Source: Massilicoli timonensis
GTDB taxonomy: Bacteria; Bacillota_I; Bacilli_A; Erysipelotrichales; Erysipelotrichaceae
DNA length: 32,000 nt
Assembly: GCF_900199515.1 (NCBI RefSeq)
Contig: NZ_LT963434.1
Span: 1,802,180-1,834,179, forward strand
Direction of reading: 5' to 3'
The translations under genes and the position numbers were made by a program. Shown here in pieces: positions 1 to 9,064 of this stretch (its first letter is position 1; every line of letters starts with the position of its first letter). The notes beneath the pieces were generated by a model. The model did no database searches. It was not told where the DNA came from and saw nothing but the letters and a program-made list of their open reading frames with translations.

Positions 1-1446
1 ATTACCACTTTAACGACAACCTTTCAAAACTGCAAAAACATAACAGAAATCACAATCCCTTCACATGTCAGCGTACTTGATCGTACATTTATGGGGTGTA
101 CTGCGCTGACTGAGATAACGATTCCGGAAACAGTGGAATCTTATATCGGTGCATTTAACGGCTGCACCGGTTTAACAAAAGCCGTTATTGAAAGTAAAGC
201 AGACAATATCGGTGGAGATAATACTAATAATGCTTGGGGTGTGTTCGGAGGCTGCATAAACTTGAAAACAGTATCTGTCCCAGAGTGGGTAAAGGTGATC
301 GGCATAGCTGCATTCAGAGATTGCTCGTCGCTGGAAACAACAGATTTTATTGAGCAAGCGACAGTCATTAAAAGTCAAGCATTTCAAAATTGCACTGCAT
401 TAAAAGGCAGTTTACGTCTGGATGCTGTTACAATAGATGCACTTGCTTTTGATAATTGTTCAAATCTAGGTCCGCATATCAGTGTAGCAAACGCAGAAAA
501 AATGCCAAGCGATGCATTTCGCGGCTGTGATGGGGTTAATGGAATCGTATATGCACAAATGATTTCCGGCGGCGCCAACGAATTTGATTCCAGAGCAGTT
601 ACCGCTTTATTAAATGGCGGCACTTTCAAAGAAGGTACAGATCTCAATATTGCTACACTTGCTACACCGATCAAAAGAGATTATCGCTTTGAGGGATGGT
701 TTACGCAAGATGGGACAAATGATATATGGGGTGATCAAATAAATATACCGGAAAGCGGCAAAACTTACTATGCGAAATGGATCGAAAAGACAGATACCGC
801 AATATCATTCAAGGATAGCTTACAATTAGATAAAACATATGATAAACTGCCAATATCTTTATCATCAGCGGATTACACAGTAACCGCAGGTGCCGGTACG
901 GTTGATTTCCGATATCAGATGAAAGACAAAGATACTTGGCAGGAGATGGATACTGCGCCGATCAATGCCGGGACTTATCGGGTAAAAGCAGTTGTTCTGG
1001 AAAATGATACGCATAAAAGTGCACAGACAGATTGGCTGACTTTTTCGATTGAAAAAGCTGAACCGCTTTATTATGTGCCAAATGATCTGAGCGCATATGT
1101 GGGAACAAAACTGGCAGATATAGCTCTTCCGGAAGGCTTTGCATGGAAAGACGGCGATATGCAGATAGGCGGCATCGGGGAGAAGCAGTACATTGCAATC
1201 TACACACCTGAGGATCAGGTCAATTACAAATGTGTTGAGGTGGCAATCAAAATCAATGTGAAAGCGCAAAGCGAAGTTTCAGATGATACGCATGCGCAAC
1301 TGCCGACGGATAAAAATGAGGATACAAATACCGGAATCCAAACCGGTGATAACAGTCATGTTTATACATGGGGGATGATGGCAATTCTTTCTGCCTTATT
1401 CATCAGCGGTGCATTTGTGATGAAACAAAGAAAAAACGACCGTTAG
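1..1446 (+). CDS. Cell-surface protein, 5'-truncated by the window edge. Contains BspA-type leucine-rich repeats, a Listeria-Bacteroides-type repeat, an Ig-like region and a C-terminal sortase-type sorting signal.
   Basis: Frame 1 is open from nt 1; ITTLTTTFQNCKNITEITIPSHVSVLDRTF precedes the first Met at 91. Repeated F-x-x-C-x-x-L-x-x-I/V-x-I/L-P units. YRFEGWFTQDG...GKTYYAKW repeat. The C-terminus is IQTGD, then a hydrophobic segment, then a KQRKNDR tail. Confidence 0.75.
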   Translation: MTTLTTTFQNCKNITEITIPSHVSVLDRTFMGCTALTEITIPETVESYIGAFNGCTGLTKAVIESKADNIGGDNTNNAWGVFGGCINLKTVSVPEWVKVIGIAAFRDCSSLETTDFIEQATVIKSQAFQNCTALKGSLRLDAVTIDALAFDNCSNLGPHISVANAEKMPSDAFRGCDGVNGIVYAQMISGGANEFDSRAVTALLNGGTFKEGTDLNIATLATPIKRDYRFEGWFTQDGTNDIWGDQINIPESGKTYYAKWIEKTDTAISFKDSLQLDKTYDKLPISLSSADYTVTAGAGTVDFRYQMKDKDTWQEMDTAPINAGTYRVKAVVLENDTHKSAQTDWLTFSIEKAEPLYYVPNDLSAYVGTKLADIALPEGFAWKDGDMQIGGIGEKQYIAIYTPEDQVNYKCVEVAIKINVKAQSEVSDDTHAQLPTDKNEDTNTGIQTGDNSHVYTWGMMAILSALFISGAFVMKQRKNDR

Positions 1447-1484
1447 CGATCAACTGAATACTTCAAAACGATATCAAATCAATC

Positions 1485-1547
1485 GTGATCTTAAGCAAAG
1501 ATACTTCGATAAAACGAAGGATCTTATCACTTGAGATCACTTTTTTT
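1485..1547 (+). terminator. Rho-independent terminator after the surface-protein gene
   Basis: Long imperfect two-helix hairpin (GTGATCTTAAG..AGATACTTCG / CGAAGGATCT..CTTGAGATCAC) followed by T7. Confidence 0.6.
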
Positions 1548-1842
1548 ATGCGTGAGAAACTCACTTTTTCTTTATCTGCTTCCATACGTGAATCTTGCCC
1601 TTGCGCTGTTCAAAAAAGTAATAAAATATACAGAAAAAAATAACAAACATTCATTTTTTCTTTCCGCTGAAAGCGGCAAAATCTTCACTGTTTATCTGCG
1701 TATTTACCACTTTTATCCAAAAAATAGCAGGGCAGGAAACATTTTTTGTACTTTACAAACAGCTGAAAACATGCTTCTTTTACCGTTCTTTTTTAGTTTA
1801 GGAATTGTCTTTTTCAAGCACAAATATTGAACTGAAAAAACA

Positions 1843-1871
1843 TTGAAAAGGCTTACGAACTCTTTTATGAT
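1843..1871 (+). promoter_or_regulatory. Sigma-A-type promoter candidate for the PTS operon
   Basis: TTGAAA (1843-1848), 17-nt spacer, TATGAT (1866-1871), about 50 nt upstream of the EIIA start codon. Confidence 0.45.
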
Positions 1872-1919
1872 ACAAATGCAAACAAGCAATACAGTTTCAT
1901 GAACAGGAGGTGAATGTGA

Positions 1920-2360
1920 ATGTTAAAGGACTTGACAAATGAAAAGCTGATCAGGCTTGGCATTGAGGCAAAAGACTGGGAAGATGCGATCAGAAAAGCC
2001 GCACAGCCGCTGCTTGATGAACACAAGATCAAACAGTCCTATATAGACGACATGATCGCAGGTATCAAAGAAGTCGGACCTTATATCGTATTAGCGAAAC
2101 ACATTGCATTGCCGCACGCAAGGCCGGAGGCAGGGGCGCTGGAAAGTGCGATCGGAGTTGCGACCTTAAAAGAACCGGTCGTATTCGGCAATGAAGCAAA
2201 TGATCCGGTCAAATATCTGTTTTGCCTAAGTGCAAAAGATGATATGGAACATTTACAGGCACTTGCGCAACTGGCAGAACTATTTGAAGATCAGGCGTTC
2301 TTTGAACTGTTGGATCGTACAGATGATCCGCAAGAAATTATTGCATACATCAGCAAATAA
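1920..2360 (+). CDS. PTS EIIA component, ascorbate/mannitol-type (PTS_EIIA_2; SgaA/UlaC-like)
   Basis: AGGAGG RBS 9 nt upstream. HIALPHARPE phosphorylatable-His motif. Size of 146 aa is typical of the family. Confidence 0.85.
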   Translation: MLKDLTNEKLIRLGIEAKDWEDAIRKAAQPLLDEHKIKQSYIDDMIAGIKEVGPYIVLAKHIALPHARPEAGALESAIGVATLKEPVVFGNEANDPVKYLFCLSAKDDMEHLQALAQLAELFEDQAFFELLDRTDDPQEIIAYISK

Positions 2361-2374
2361 AGGAGGAAAACAAG

Positions 2375-2653
2375 ATGTATAAAGCATTGGTATGTTGCCG
2401 GGCCGGAATGGGCTCAAGCATGTTGTTAAAGATCAAAGCAGATCAAGTGATCAAAGAAAATAACTTCCCGATCCAGACGGAACATGGGAACTTAGATTCT
2501 TTGGTAGGATTCAGCGGTGATTTAGTCATCACGATGGAAGACTTAGCCGATGAATTGAAAAATCAGGTTCCTTACGCTTTGGGTATTCGCAACATTGTCG
2601 ATAAAGCGGAAATGAAAGAAAAGATCGAAGCATTTCTGAAATCAAAGGAATAA
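2375..2653 (+). CDS. PTS EIIB component, ascorbate-family (SgaB/UlaB-like)
   Basis: AAGGAGG RBS. N-terminal KALVCCRAGMGSS with the active-site Cys loop. 92 aa. Confidence 0.85.
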   Translation: MYKALVCCRAGMGSSMLLKIKADQVIKENNFPIQTEHGNLDSLVGFSGDLVITMEDLADELKNQVPYALGIRNIVDKAEMKEKIEAFLKSKE

Positions 2654-2703
2654 AGACAGGCGAATAGCGAAAGGGAAAATAAAAGAAAGAGGAGGATTTG
2701 AAT

Positions 2704-3990
2704 ATGTTAGATATGATTCTAGCACAGTCCCGTAACACGGCATTGATTATGGGGCTCATCGCTTTGATCGGTCTATTGCTGCAAAAGAAGTCAGCGACAG
2801 ATGTGATCAGCGGAACGATGAAAACAGTCATTGGATTTATGGTATTCAATATCGGTTCCAATGCGATGTCAGCGGTCGTACAGACTTTTACCGATCTGTT
2901 CAATACCGCATTCGGAATTGAGGGGGTTACCACACAGGTAGAGGTTGCGACCGGCTTGGCATTAAATGAATATGGTACAGAGGTTGCCATGGTCATGCTG
3001 CTTGGATTTGTGATCAACCTGATCGTAGCGAAATTTACCCGTTTCAAAGCGATTTTCTTGACAGGTCAGCATTTCTTGTATTTTGCATGTGTCATTGCGC
3101 TTATCTTCATCGCAAATGATCTGCCGATGGTAGTAACAGTTGTAGTTGGCGGTATCTTGTTAGGTTTCTGCGGTGCGGCGCTGCCTTCTTTCTGTCAGCC
3201 GTTCATGAATAAGATCACCGGCGCAGATAATCTGGCAATGGGACATTTCAACTGTATCGGTTATGCACTTTCCGGCTATATCGGAAAATTCTTAGGTAAG
3301 TTCAATAAAGGCGGCGAAGCAAAGGATGCAAGCAGCGTCAATATGCCGAAATTCTTTGAACTGTTCAGAGATTTCATCTTCTCTGTGGCATTATTCATGG
3401 TCGTATTGTTCTATGTAGCGGTAATCGCTTGTGTGGCAAACGGTCAGATGGACTTCGTATTAGAGAAAGCAGGAAACGATATTTGGTTCATTTATCCATT
3501 CTTGCAAGGCTTGCAGTTTGCGGCAGGTATGAGTGTCTTGATTTACGGTGTTCGTCAGTTCATCGCGGAAATCACTGCGGCGTTCGTGGCAATTTCGGAA
3601 AAATACATTCCGAACTCAAAACCGGCAGTTGACTGTCCGGCAATCTTCCCATTTGCGCCTACTGCGGTATTGATCGGCTTTGTCGGTGCATTCCTTGGCG
3701 GTTTGGCGGCAATGGCGCTGATGGTGGCATTCAACAGCAGTGTCATCATGATTCCGGCAGCAGGTATCTGCTTCTTCTCCGGTGGTACGGCCGGTATCTT
3801 CGGTAATGCTTATGGCGGATGGAAGGGCGCTTTGGTTGGTTCCTTTGTCGTAGGCTTAGCGCTTACCGGACTGCCGCTGATCCTATATCCTGCATTTGCG
3901 CAGCTGAATATTGTCGGCGCATCATTCCCGAATGTCGATTACAACATCATCGGGGCAATCCTGCATTGGATCTTGGGAATCTTCGGTTAA
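2704..3990 (+). CDS. PTS EIIC permease, ascorbate-family (SgaT/UlaA-like)
   Basis: Polytopic membrane protein of about 430 aa directly after EIIA/EIIB. GGAGGA RBS 7 nt before ATG 2704; the ORF track starts at TTG 2698. Confidence 0.85.
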   Translation: MLDMILAQSRNTALIMGLIALIGLLLQKKSATDVISGTMKTVIGFMVFNIGSNAMSAVVQTFTDLFNTAFGIEGVTTQVEVATGLALNEYGTEVAMVMLLGFVINLIVAKFTRFKAIFLTGQHFLYFACVIALIFIANDLPMVVTVVVGGILLGFCGAALPSFCQPFMNKITGADNLAMGHFNCIGYALSGYIGKFLGKFNKGGEAKDASSVNMPKFFELFRDFIFSVALFMVVLFYVAVIACVANGQMDFVLEKAGNDIWFIYPFLQGLQFAAGMSVLIYGVRQFIAEITAAFVAISEKYIPNSKPAVDCPAIFPFAPTAVLIGFVGAFLGGLAAMALMVAFNSSVIMIPAAGICFFSGGTAGIFGNAYGGWKGALVGSFVVGLALTGLPLILYPAFAQLNIVGASFPNVDYNIIGAILHWILGIFG

Positions 3991-4051
3991 TGCACAACGG
4001 GACAGGGAACAAACGATCCTTGTCCTGTTTTCTTAGAAAGCGAGGATCGAC

Positions 4052-4843
4052 ATGGACTTAAAGACAAGCATTAAAAATGAAACGGCAGTCGGTGTGCTGG
4101 TAAAGATCGTGGATAATCCGGCGATGCTGCTGATGGCAAAGGATGTCGGCTTAGATTTTGTATTCTATGATTGTGAACACGGCGCGCTTTCTTCAAATAT
4201 GCTGCATGATTTGTTGGTCTGTGCGAAAATGGCAGGCATTTATACACTGGTGCGTACAGCACAGTTAGCCAAAAGCGATATTGCGAGAACGCTTGATCTC
4301 GGTGCAGGCGGCGTAATGGTGCCGATGATCGAAAACAAAGAGCAGGCACAGCAGCTTGTGGACTTCAGCAAATATCCGCCCCTCGGTAAACGCAGTTATT
4401 CCGGAGGCGCCAATACCCATTATGCGGCAGGCGGCCGTCATGCTTATCATATGTCTGCCTTAAATGAGCAAACGATGAGTATCGTGCAGATCGAAAGTGC
4501 TGCCGGTATCGAACATATTGATGAAATTTTAAGTGTAGAGGGAATTGACGGTGCCATTGTCGGGCCATGTGATCTTGCCATTTCCATGGGACATCCCGAT
4601 GATCTTCTTTGCGAAGAAGAATTGCAAGCCATTCGCAAAGTTGCGGATGCCTGCAAAGCACACCATAAGGCATTCGGTGTGATTGGCAGCATGGAACTGA
4701 TAAAAAAACTGAATCGAAGGGTCGATTTGATCATCTCGGCGATCGACACCAATCTCATCAGAGCAGGACTCAAGCAGGCCTGTGACGATGTGAAAGCACT
4801 GAAACAGAAAGAAGGAACAACATGGGAACAAGAGATGAAGTAA
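4052..4843 (+). CDS. HpcH/HpaI-family (class II, pyruvate-specific) 2-keto-3-deoxy-acid aldolase
   Basis: 263 aa. The N-terminal pattern VDNPAMLLMAKDVGLDFVFYDCEHGA and IVQIES..GIDGAIVGPCDL are typical of the HpcH/GarL/YfaU family. Confidence 0.75.
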   Translation: MDLKTSIKNETAVGVLVKIVDNPAMLLMAKDVGLDFVFYDCEHGALSSNMLHDLLVCAKMAGIYTLVRTAQLAKSDIARTLDLGAGGVMVPMIENKEQAQQLVDFSKYPPLGKRSYSGGANTHYAAGGRHAYHMSALNEQTMSIVQIESAAGIEHIDEILSVEGIDGAIVGPCDLAISMGHPDDLLCEEELQAIRKVADACKAHHKAFGVIGSMELIKKLNRRVDLIISAIDTNLIRAGLKQACDDVKALKQKEGTTWEQEMK

Positions 4844-5427
4844 TAAAATTTACAGATATTGCGACGCAGGAGCTGCAAAGCTTTGCCCGAAATATGGATA
4901 TGGCAGCGTTGGAACAGGCAAAAGCATTGATCTTAGAAGCGGAAGCAGCGCATCATCGCGTTCATGTAACCGGCGTTGGAAAGCCGGGACATGTGGCAGG
5001 CTATATCGCATCTCTGCTTTCCAGTACAGGGACTCCGGCTTATGAACTGCATGCGACAGAGGCGGTGCATGGAAGCAGCGGGCAGGTGCTGGCAGGCGAT
5101 GTCGTGATCGCGATATCCAACAGCGGGGAAACAAGTGAATTAAAAGCGACGGTGGAAACGCTGAAAAGCAATGGAGCGAAGATCATTGCGGTAAGCGGGA
5201 ATACACGATCATGGTTAGCGAAGCAGGGAGATGTGGCGTTATTTGCGGGAGTGAAGCAGGAAGGCGATGCGATGAACAAGCCGCCGCGGGCATCGATCTT
5301 GGCAGAGATCTTGCTGTTACAAAGCTTGAGCATCCTGTTGCAGAATGCGAAAGGCTTGAACCCGCAGCAATATGTGAAATGGCATCCGGGCGGTGCATTA
5401 GGCGCCAGCATCAAAGGAGGCAAGTGA
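4822..5427 (+). CDS. SIS-domain sugar-phosphate isomerase, KpsF/GutQ-like SIS domain without CBS pair
   Basis: VTGVGKPGHVAGYIASLLSSTGTPAYELHATEAVHGSSG...VVIAISNSGETSE matches the KdsD/GutQ SIS core. Overlaps the upstream gene by 22 nt, which suggests translational coupling. Confidence 0.75.
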   Translation: MGTRDEVIKFTDIATQELQSFARNMDMAALEQAKALILEAEAAHHRVHVTGVGKPGHVAGYIASLLSSTGTPAYELHATEAVHGSSGQVLAGDVVIAISNSGETSELKATVETLKSNGAKIIAVSGNTRSWLAKQGDVALFAGVKQEGDAMNKPPRASILAEILLLQSLSILLQNAKGLNPQQYVKWHPGGALGASIKGGK

Positions 5428-5428
5428 T

Positions 5429-6313
5429 ATGAAAATGGAAGGGATCATAACACCGATCGTAACGCCGTTTCATCGTGATGCAGAAGAGAGCATCAACTAT
5501 GAAGCGACAAAACATCTCATCGATCATCTGATCGATCATGGGGTCAAGGGAATCTTTATCTTAGGCAGCAACGGTGAATTTCATGTCTTGTCGGAGGAAG
5601 AAAAGGTCGCTTATGCCAAAGCGGTCATCGACATCGTCGATCATCGAGTGCCGGTATATGTGGGAACAGGATGCTGCTCTACGAAAGAAACGATACGTTT
5701 ATCTAAAAAGATGGAAGCATTGGGTGCAGACGCATTGTCTGTCATTACCCCTTACTTCTTAAAACCAAGCGATGAAGATCTGTATGCACATTACAAAGCA
5801 GTGGCGGAAAGTGTATCCATTCCCATCATGCTGTATAATATTCCAAAAGCAACCGGCTGTCCGCTCAGTCCTCAGTTAGTAGATCGCTTGGCAGATATTG
5901 AAAACATCAAAGGGATCAAAGACAGCAGCGGAGAAGCGGAACGCTTACAGGCATATGCGCAGATCGCAAAAGAAAAAGACCTGCAATTATTGATCGGCTC
6001 TGATTCGAAGATATCTTATGGATATGGATTAGGGGCAAAAGGAGCAGTAGCAGGGACAAGCAATGTCATCGTGGATACGCTGGTCGGATTAGATAAGGCA
6101 TTAAAAGAAGGAAATGAAGAAAAAGCAAAGAAACTGCAAAATGATATTGATGTATTAAGAGGGGTGCTTCCGCTTGGCACGGTACCGAGCGTAATGAAAC
6201 GGGCAGTGGAATTAGCGGGGATCGCAGAAGTGGGACCGGCGCGAAGACCGGTGCGAGAATTAAGTGCAGAAGATGATGAAAAGATCAAAGAAATGCTGCA
6301 CTATTACTTCTAG
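5429..6313 (+). CDS. DapA/NanA-family class I (Schiff-base) pyruvate aldolase / dihydrodipicolinate-synthase-like lyase
   Basis: 294 aa. GIFILGSNGEF, YNIPKATG and IKGIKDSSG (Schiff-base Lys context) motifs. AAGGAGG RBS. Confidence 0.8.
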   Translation: MKMEGIITPIVTPFHRDAEESINYEATKHLIDHLIDHGVKGIFILGSNGEFHVLSEEEKVAYAKAVIDIVDHRVPVYVGTGCCSTKETIRLSKKMEALGADALSVITPYFLKPSDEDLYAHYKAVAESVSIPIMLYNIPKATGCPLSPQLVDRLADIENIKGIKDSSGEAERLQAYAQIAKEKDLQLLIGSDSKISYGYGLGAKGAVAGTSNVIVDTLVGLDKALKEGNEEKAKKLQNDIDVLRGVLPLGTVPSVMKRAVELAGIAEVGPARRPVRELSAEDDEKIKEMLHYYF

Positions 6314-6340
6314 GTACAGACTGAAAAAAGGAGCATGATG

Positions 6341-6838
6341 ATGAAACAATATATTGTGAAAGACGATCAGATAAAGCTGGCATGTTATACATTATTAAAC
6401 TTCACTCTAACTCTACTCTTATTATTTGCGATTCTTTATCTGTTCGGCAATCAGTACTTCCTGCTCGCTTTCTTTGCGATGACGGCGCTGTGGTTCAGTG
6501 TGAAATACATGTGCCGCTATGGAAGCAGATACATCAGAAAACAACCTGTCTGTGTATGCAAAGAACAATATGTTCTGTTTCACTCATGGACCAACGACGA
6601 AAAGAAACTTCGTTATCAGGAAATCAAAGAAGTGCGCCTGCTGCGCGATTGGAAATCAGTAAAACTGTTTTTTGCCGCTGACCAAGTCGATCACCCCTCC
6701 GGCTGGTGGTATGTCGGCATTGTCTATTATTTTAAGCGTGGAGAACTGGATGAAATCGAACAGACGCTCCTTGCTTTATTCAACAAGCATCATGTTAAAA
6801 TAAGCAAGACAGAAAAACAGAAAAAGCGAGTATCATAA
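6341..6838 (+). CDS. Small membrane protein of unknown function (two N-terminal TM helices plus a soluble C-terminal domain)
   Basis: AAGGAG RBS at 6328-6333; the third of three consecutive ATGs (6341) has the best spacing. Hydrophobic segments LLNFTLTLLLLFAILYLF and LLAFFAMTALWF. Last gene before a terminator. Confidence 0.55.
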   Translation: MKQYIVKDDQIKLACYTLLNFTLTLLLLFAILYLFGNQYFLLAFFAMTALWFSVKYMCRYGSRYIRKQPVCVCKEQYVLFHSWTNDEKKLRYQEIKEVRLLRDWKSVKLFFAADQVDHPSGWWYVGIVYYFKRGELDEIEQTLLALFNKHHVKISKTEKQKKRVS

Positions 6839-6886
6839 AAACGTCCCTGACAGTATCTAGGAATGTTAAAAAATGTATGTTAAAAT

Positions 6887-6914
6887 ACAGGCGTAGTAAT
6901 ATGCGCCTGTTTTT
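6887..6914 (+). terminator. Rho-independent terminator closing the PTS/aldolase operon
   Basis: ACAGGCG / CGCCTGT stem with a 10-nt loop, followed by TTTTT. Confidence 0.6.
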
Positions 6915-6981
6915 ACGTTATAAAAAGACATAGGTAAAAAATGAGGGTAGCCTATGACACATGGCAGGCAGGAGGAGAAAT

Positions 6982-9054
6982 ATGGATAATGAACTCATGA
7001 CGCTGCTGCGTTTTTTGTCAAAGAAAACATATGTAACGCTGAAAGATATTGAGCTTTACTTTAACATTACGACCAGACAGGCGTCTTATCGTCTGGACAA
7101 ACTGAATGATCTGTTAAAAAGCGCGCAAGTGCCGCAGCTCAGCTATTCTACTTCGGCACGGAAACCGATGAAGCTGTCAAAAGAAACCGGGGCGGCGATC
7201 GAAGCGTTTTTGACCTCTGCCAATGTGAATGAAGGCTATTATTTCAGTAAGAAGGAACGTCTGATCTATATTTATCTGTTATTGTTTTTAGATTTGGAAT
7301 ATGTGTCCCTGCCGGACTTTATCGATGCGATGCAGGTCAGCCGTTCTACGGTACTGATGGATCTAAAAGAATTGACGCAGATTTTGGAAGAACATCATAT
7401 CAAGATCAAAAATAATCGGGTAAAGGGCTATTATCTGGTCGGTTCGGAAATGGAGATCCGCCGCTATATGATGCGCGATGTCATCTATACGCTGGCAGAG
7501 GGCAGCGGCAAGGTGTTTGATGTTTTTATCGACAAGCAGCAGTTGGATATTTTCGACTATTCCCGTTTGGTGATCAGTGAATTGGCACAGACTTATCATA
7601 TTCGCTTTGTGGAAGATCGCCTTGCGGAATTTATTTATATTTTCATCTTCTTAAAGGCGAGAATGCAGCGCGGCAAAGACGCCTCTGCGGAAATCGAACA
7701 GATAATGGATCTGCAAATCATGACGTCCATGAAGGAATATGAATTTACAAGAGCGTTGTTGAAAAACTATAAGAATGCGGACGGCATCAAGGAAAGCGAT
7801 GTGAACTATATCGCCGCTTGGATCTTAGGAATTTCTTTCGGTGATATCAACGAAGATACGAAAGACTGTATCGTCATATCCGATCTGATCGGGAAAATCA
7901 TGACGCGTTTTGAATATTTAAGCGGTACGCATTATAAAAATACAGAAGAGATCTTTATACAGTTATATTCGCATTTTCGTCCGGCCTACTACCGGTTGAT
8001 CTTTAAGCTGCCGATCTTTAACCCACTGCGGGAAAAGGTAAAAGAGGAATATCCGGAACTGTATCGCTTGGTGGCGGAAACGATGAAGCCGTTTCAGGTT
8101 ATGTTCGGCGAAGCGCTGCCGGATGATGAGATCGCTTATTTGGCAATGCACTTTTCCATGATCTATTCCGGGAAGCAGGACCATAAGGGCGCGCCGCAGA
8201 AAGTAGCGCTCGTCGTTTGTTCACATGGCATTGGAAGCTCAGCGATCCTCTACAATGAGTTAAAAGCGATGTTTCCGGAATTTCACTTTCTGCCGCCGAC
8301 AGAGTCATTACAGGTACATGCCTATATCGGACAGGTGGATATCATTTTTTCCACCAATTATATAGCGGCGGATGTCAGCGGGCATATTCCGGTGATCAAG
8401 GTCAGTCCGATCATGTCTACTGCGGAACGCTATCAGGTATTCAGAGAGGTATATGTGCAGATGGGCGGTTCATTCTTAAAACAGCCAAGTGTCGATGTTG
8501 TGATGAATATTGTTTCTAAATATGCGGATATCAAGGAAGAAGAGGGGCTTTATCATGAGCTGATCGCTTATTTCTCGCATGTCGATACACTGCCGCAGAC
8601 CCAAAGCACTTTGACCTTATCGGATATGGTAAATGCAAAGATCATTCAGTTACAGGCAGCGGCACAAAACTGGGAAGAGGCGGTGCGGATCGGTTTTGCA
8701 CCGATGGTAAAGGAAGGTTATATCACACAAAATTATGTGGAGGAAACGATACGAAGCGTAAAAATGATCGGGCCTTATATCGTCATTACGCAGCATGTCG
8801 CATTGCCGCATGCTCGTCCTGAAGCTGGCGCCTTGAAAGAAGCCTTGGGCATTACCGTATTAAAGGAACCGGTCGTGTTCGGAAATGAGGCCAATGATCC
8901 GGTCAAATACATTTTCTCTTTAAGCGCCGTAAACAACGAAAATCATATCCGCGCCATGGCGAAATTGATGGAGCTGCTGAATGATCAGGCATTTTTCCGT
9001 TTATTAGATGAAGCAAAAAACGCAGAGGAAATCCTGCAATATATCAATCAGTGA
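6982..9054 (+). CDS. PRD-domain transcriptional activator of the LicR/MtlR/BglG-family type (HTH, two PRDs, EIIB-like and EIIA-like domains)
   Basis: N-terminal HTH region. Central PRD-like region. VALVVCSHGIGSS EIIB-like Cys loop. C-terminal EIIA domain with VALPHARPE. GGAGGAG RBS favours ATG 6982 over 6961. Confidence 0.8.
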   Translation: MDNELMTLLRFLSKKTYVTLKDIELYFNITTRQASYRLDKLNDLLKSAQVPQLSYSTSARKPMKLSKETGAAIEAFLTSANVNEGYYFSKKERLIYIYLLLFLDLEYVSLPDFIDAMQVSRSTVLMDLKELTQILEEHHIKIKNNRVKGYYLVGSEMEIRRYMMRDVIYTLAEGSGKVFDVFIDKQQLDIFDYSRLVISELAQTYHIRFVEDRLAEFIYIFIFLKARMQRGKDASAEIEQIMDLQIMTSMKEYEFTRALLKNYKNADGIKESDVNYIAAWILGISFGDINEDTKDCIVISDLIGKIMTRFEYLSGTHYKNTEEIFIQLYSHFRPAYYRLIFKLPIFNPLREKVKEEYPELYRLVAETMKPFQVMFGEALPDDEIAYLAMHFSMIYSGKQDHKGAPQKVALVVCSHGIGSSAILYNELKAMFPEFHFLPPTESLQVHAYIGQVDIIFSTNYIAADVSGHIPVIKVSPIMSTAERYQVFREVYVQMGGSFLKQPSVDVVMNIVSKYADIKEEEGLYHELIAYFSHVDTLPQTQSTLTLSDMVNAKIIQLQAAAQNWEEAVRIGFAPMVKEGYITQNYVEETIRSVKMIGPYIVITQHVALPHARPEAGALKEALGITVLKEPVVFGNEANDPVKYIFSLSAVNNENHIRAMAKLMELLNDQAFFRLLDEAKNAEEILQYINQ

Positions 9055-9064
9055 GGCGGGAGAG

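Noticed and set aside
1531-1830. 99-aa ORF in the gap between the surface-protein gene and the PTS operon
   Set aside because: It has no RBS, starts inside the upstream terminator, and has low-complexity F/L/K-rich content typical of AT-rich non-coding DNA. The region is better explained as the promoter/leader of the PTS operon.
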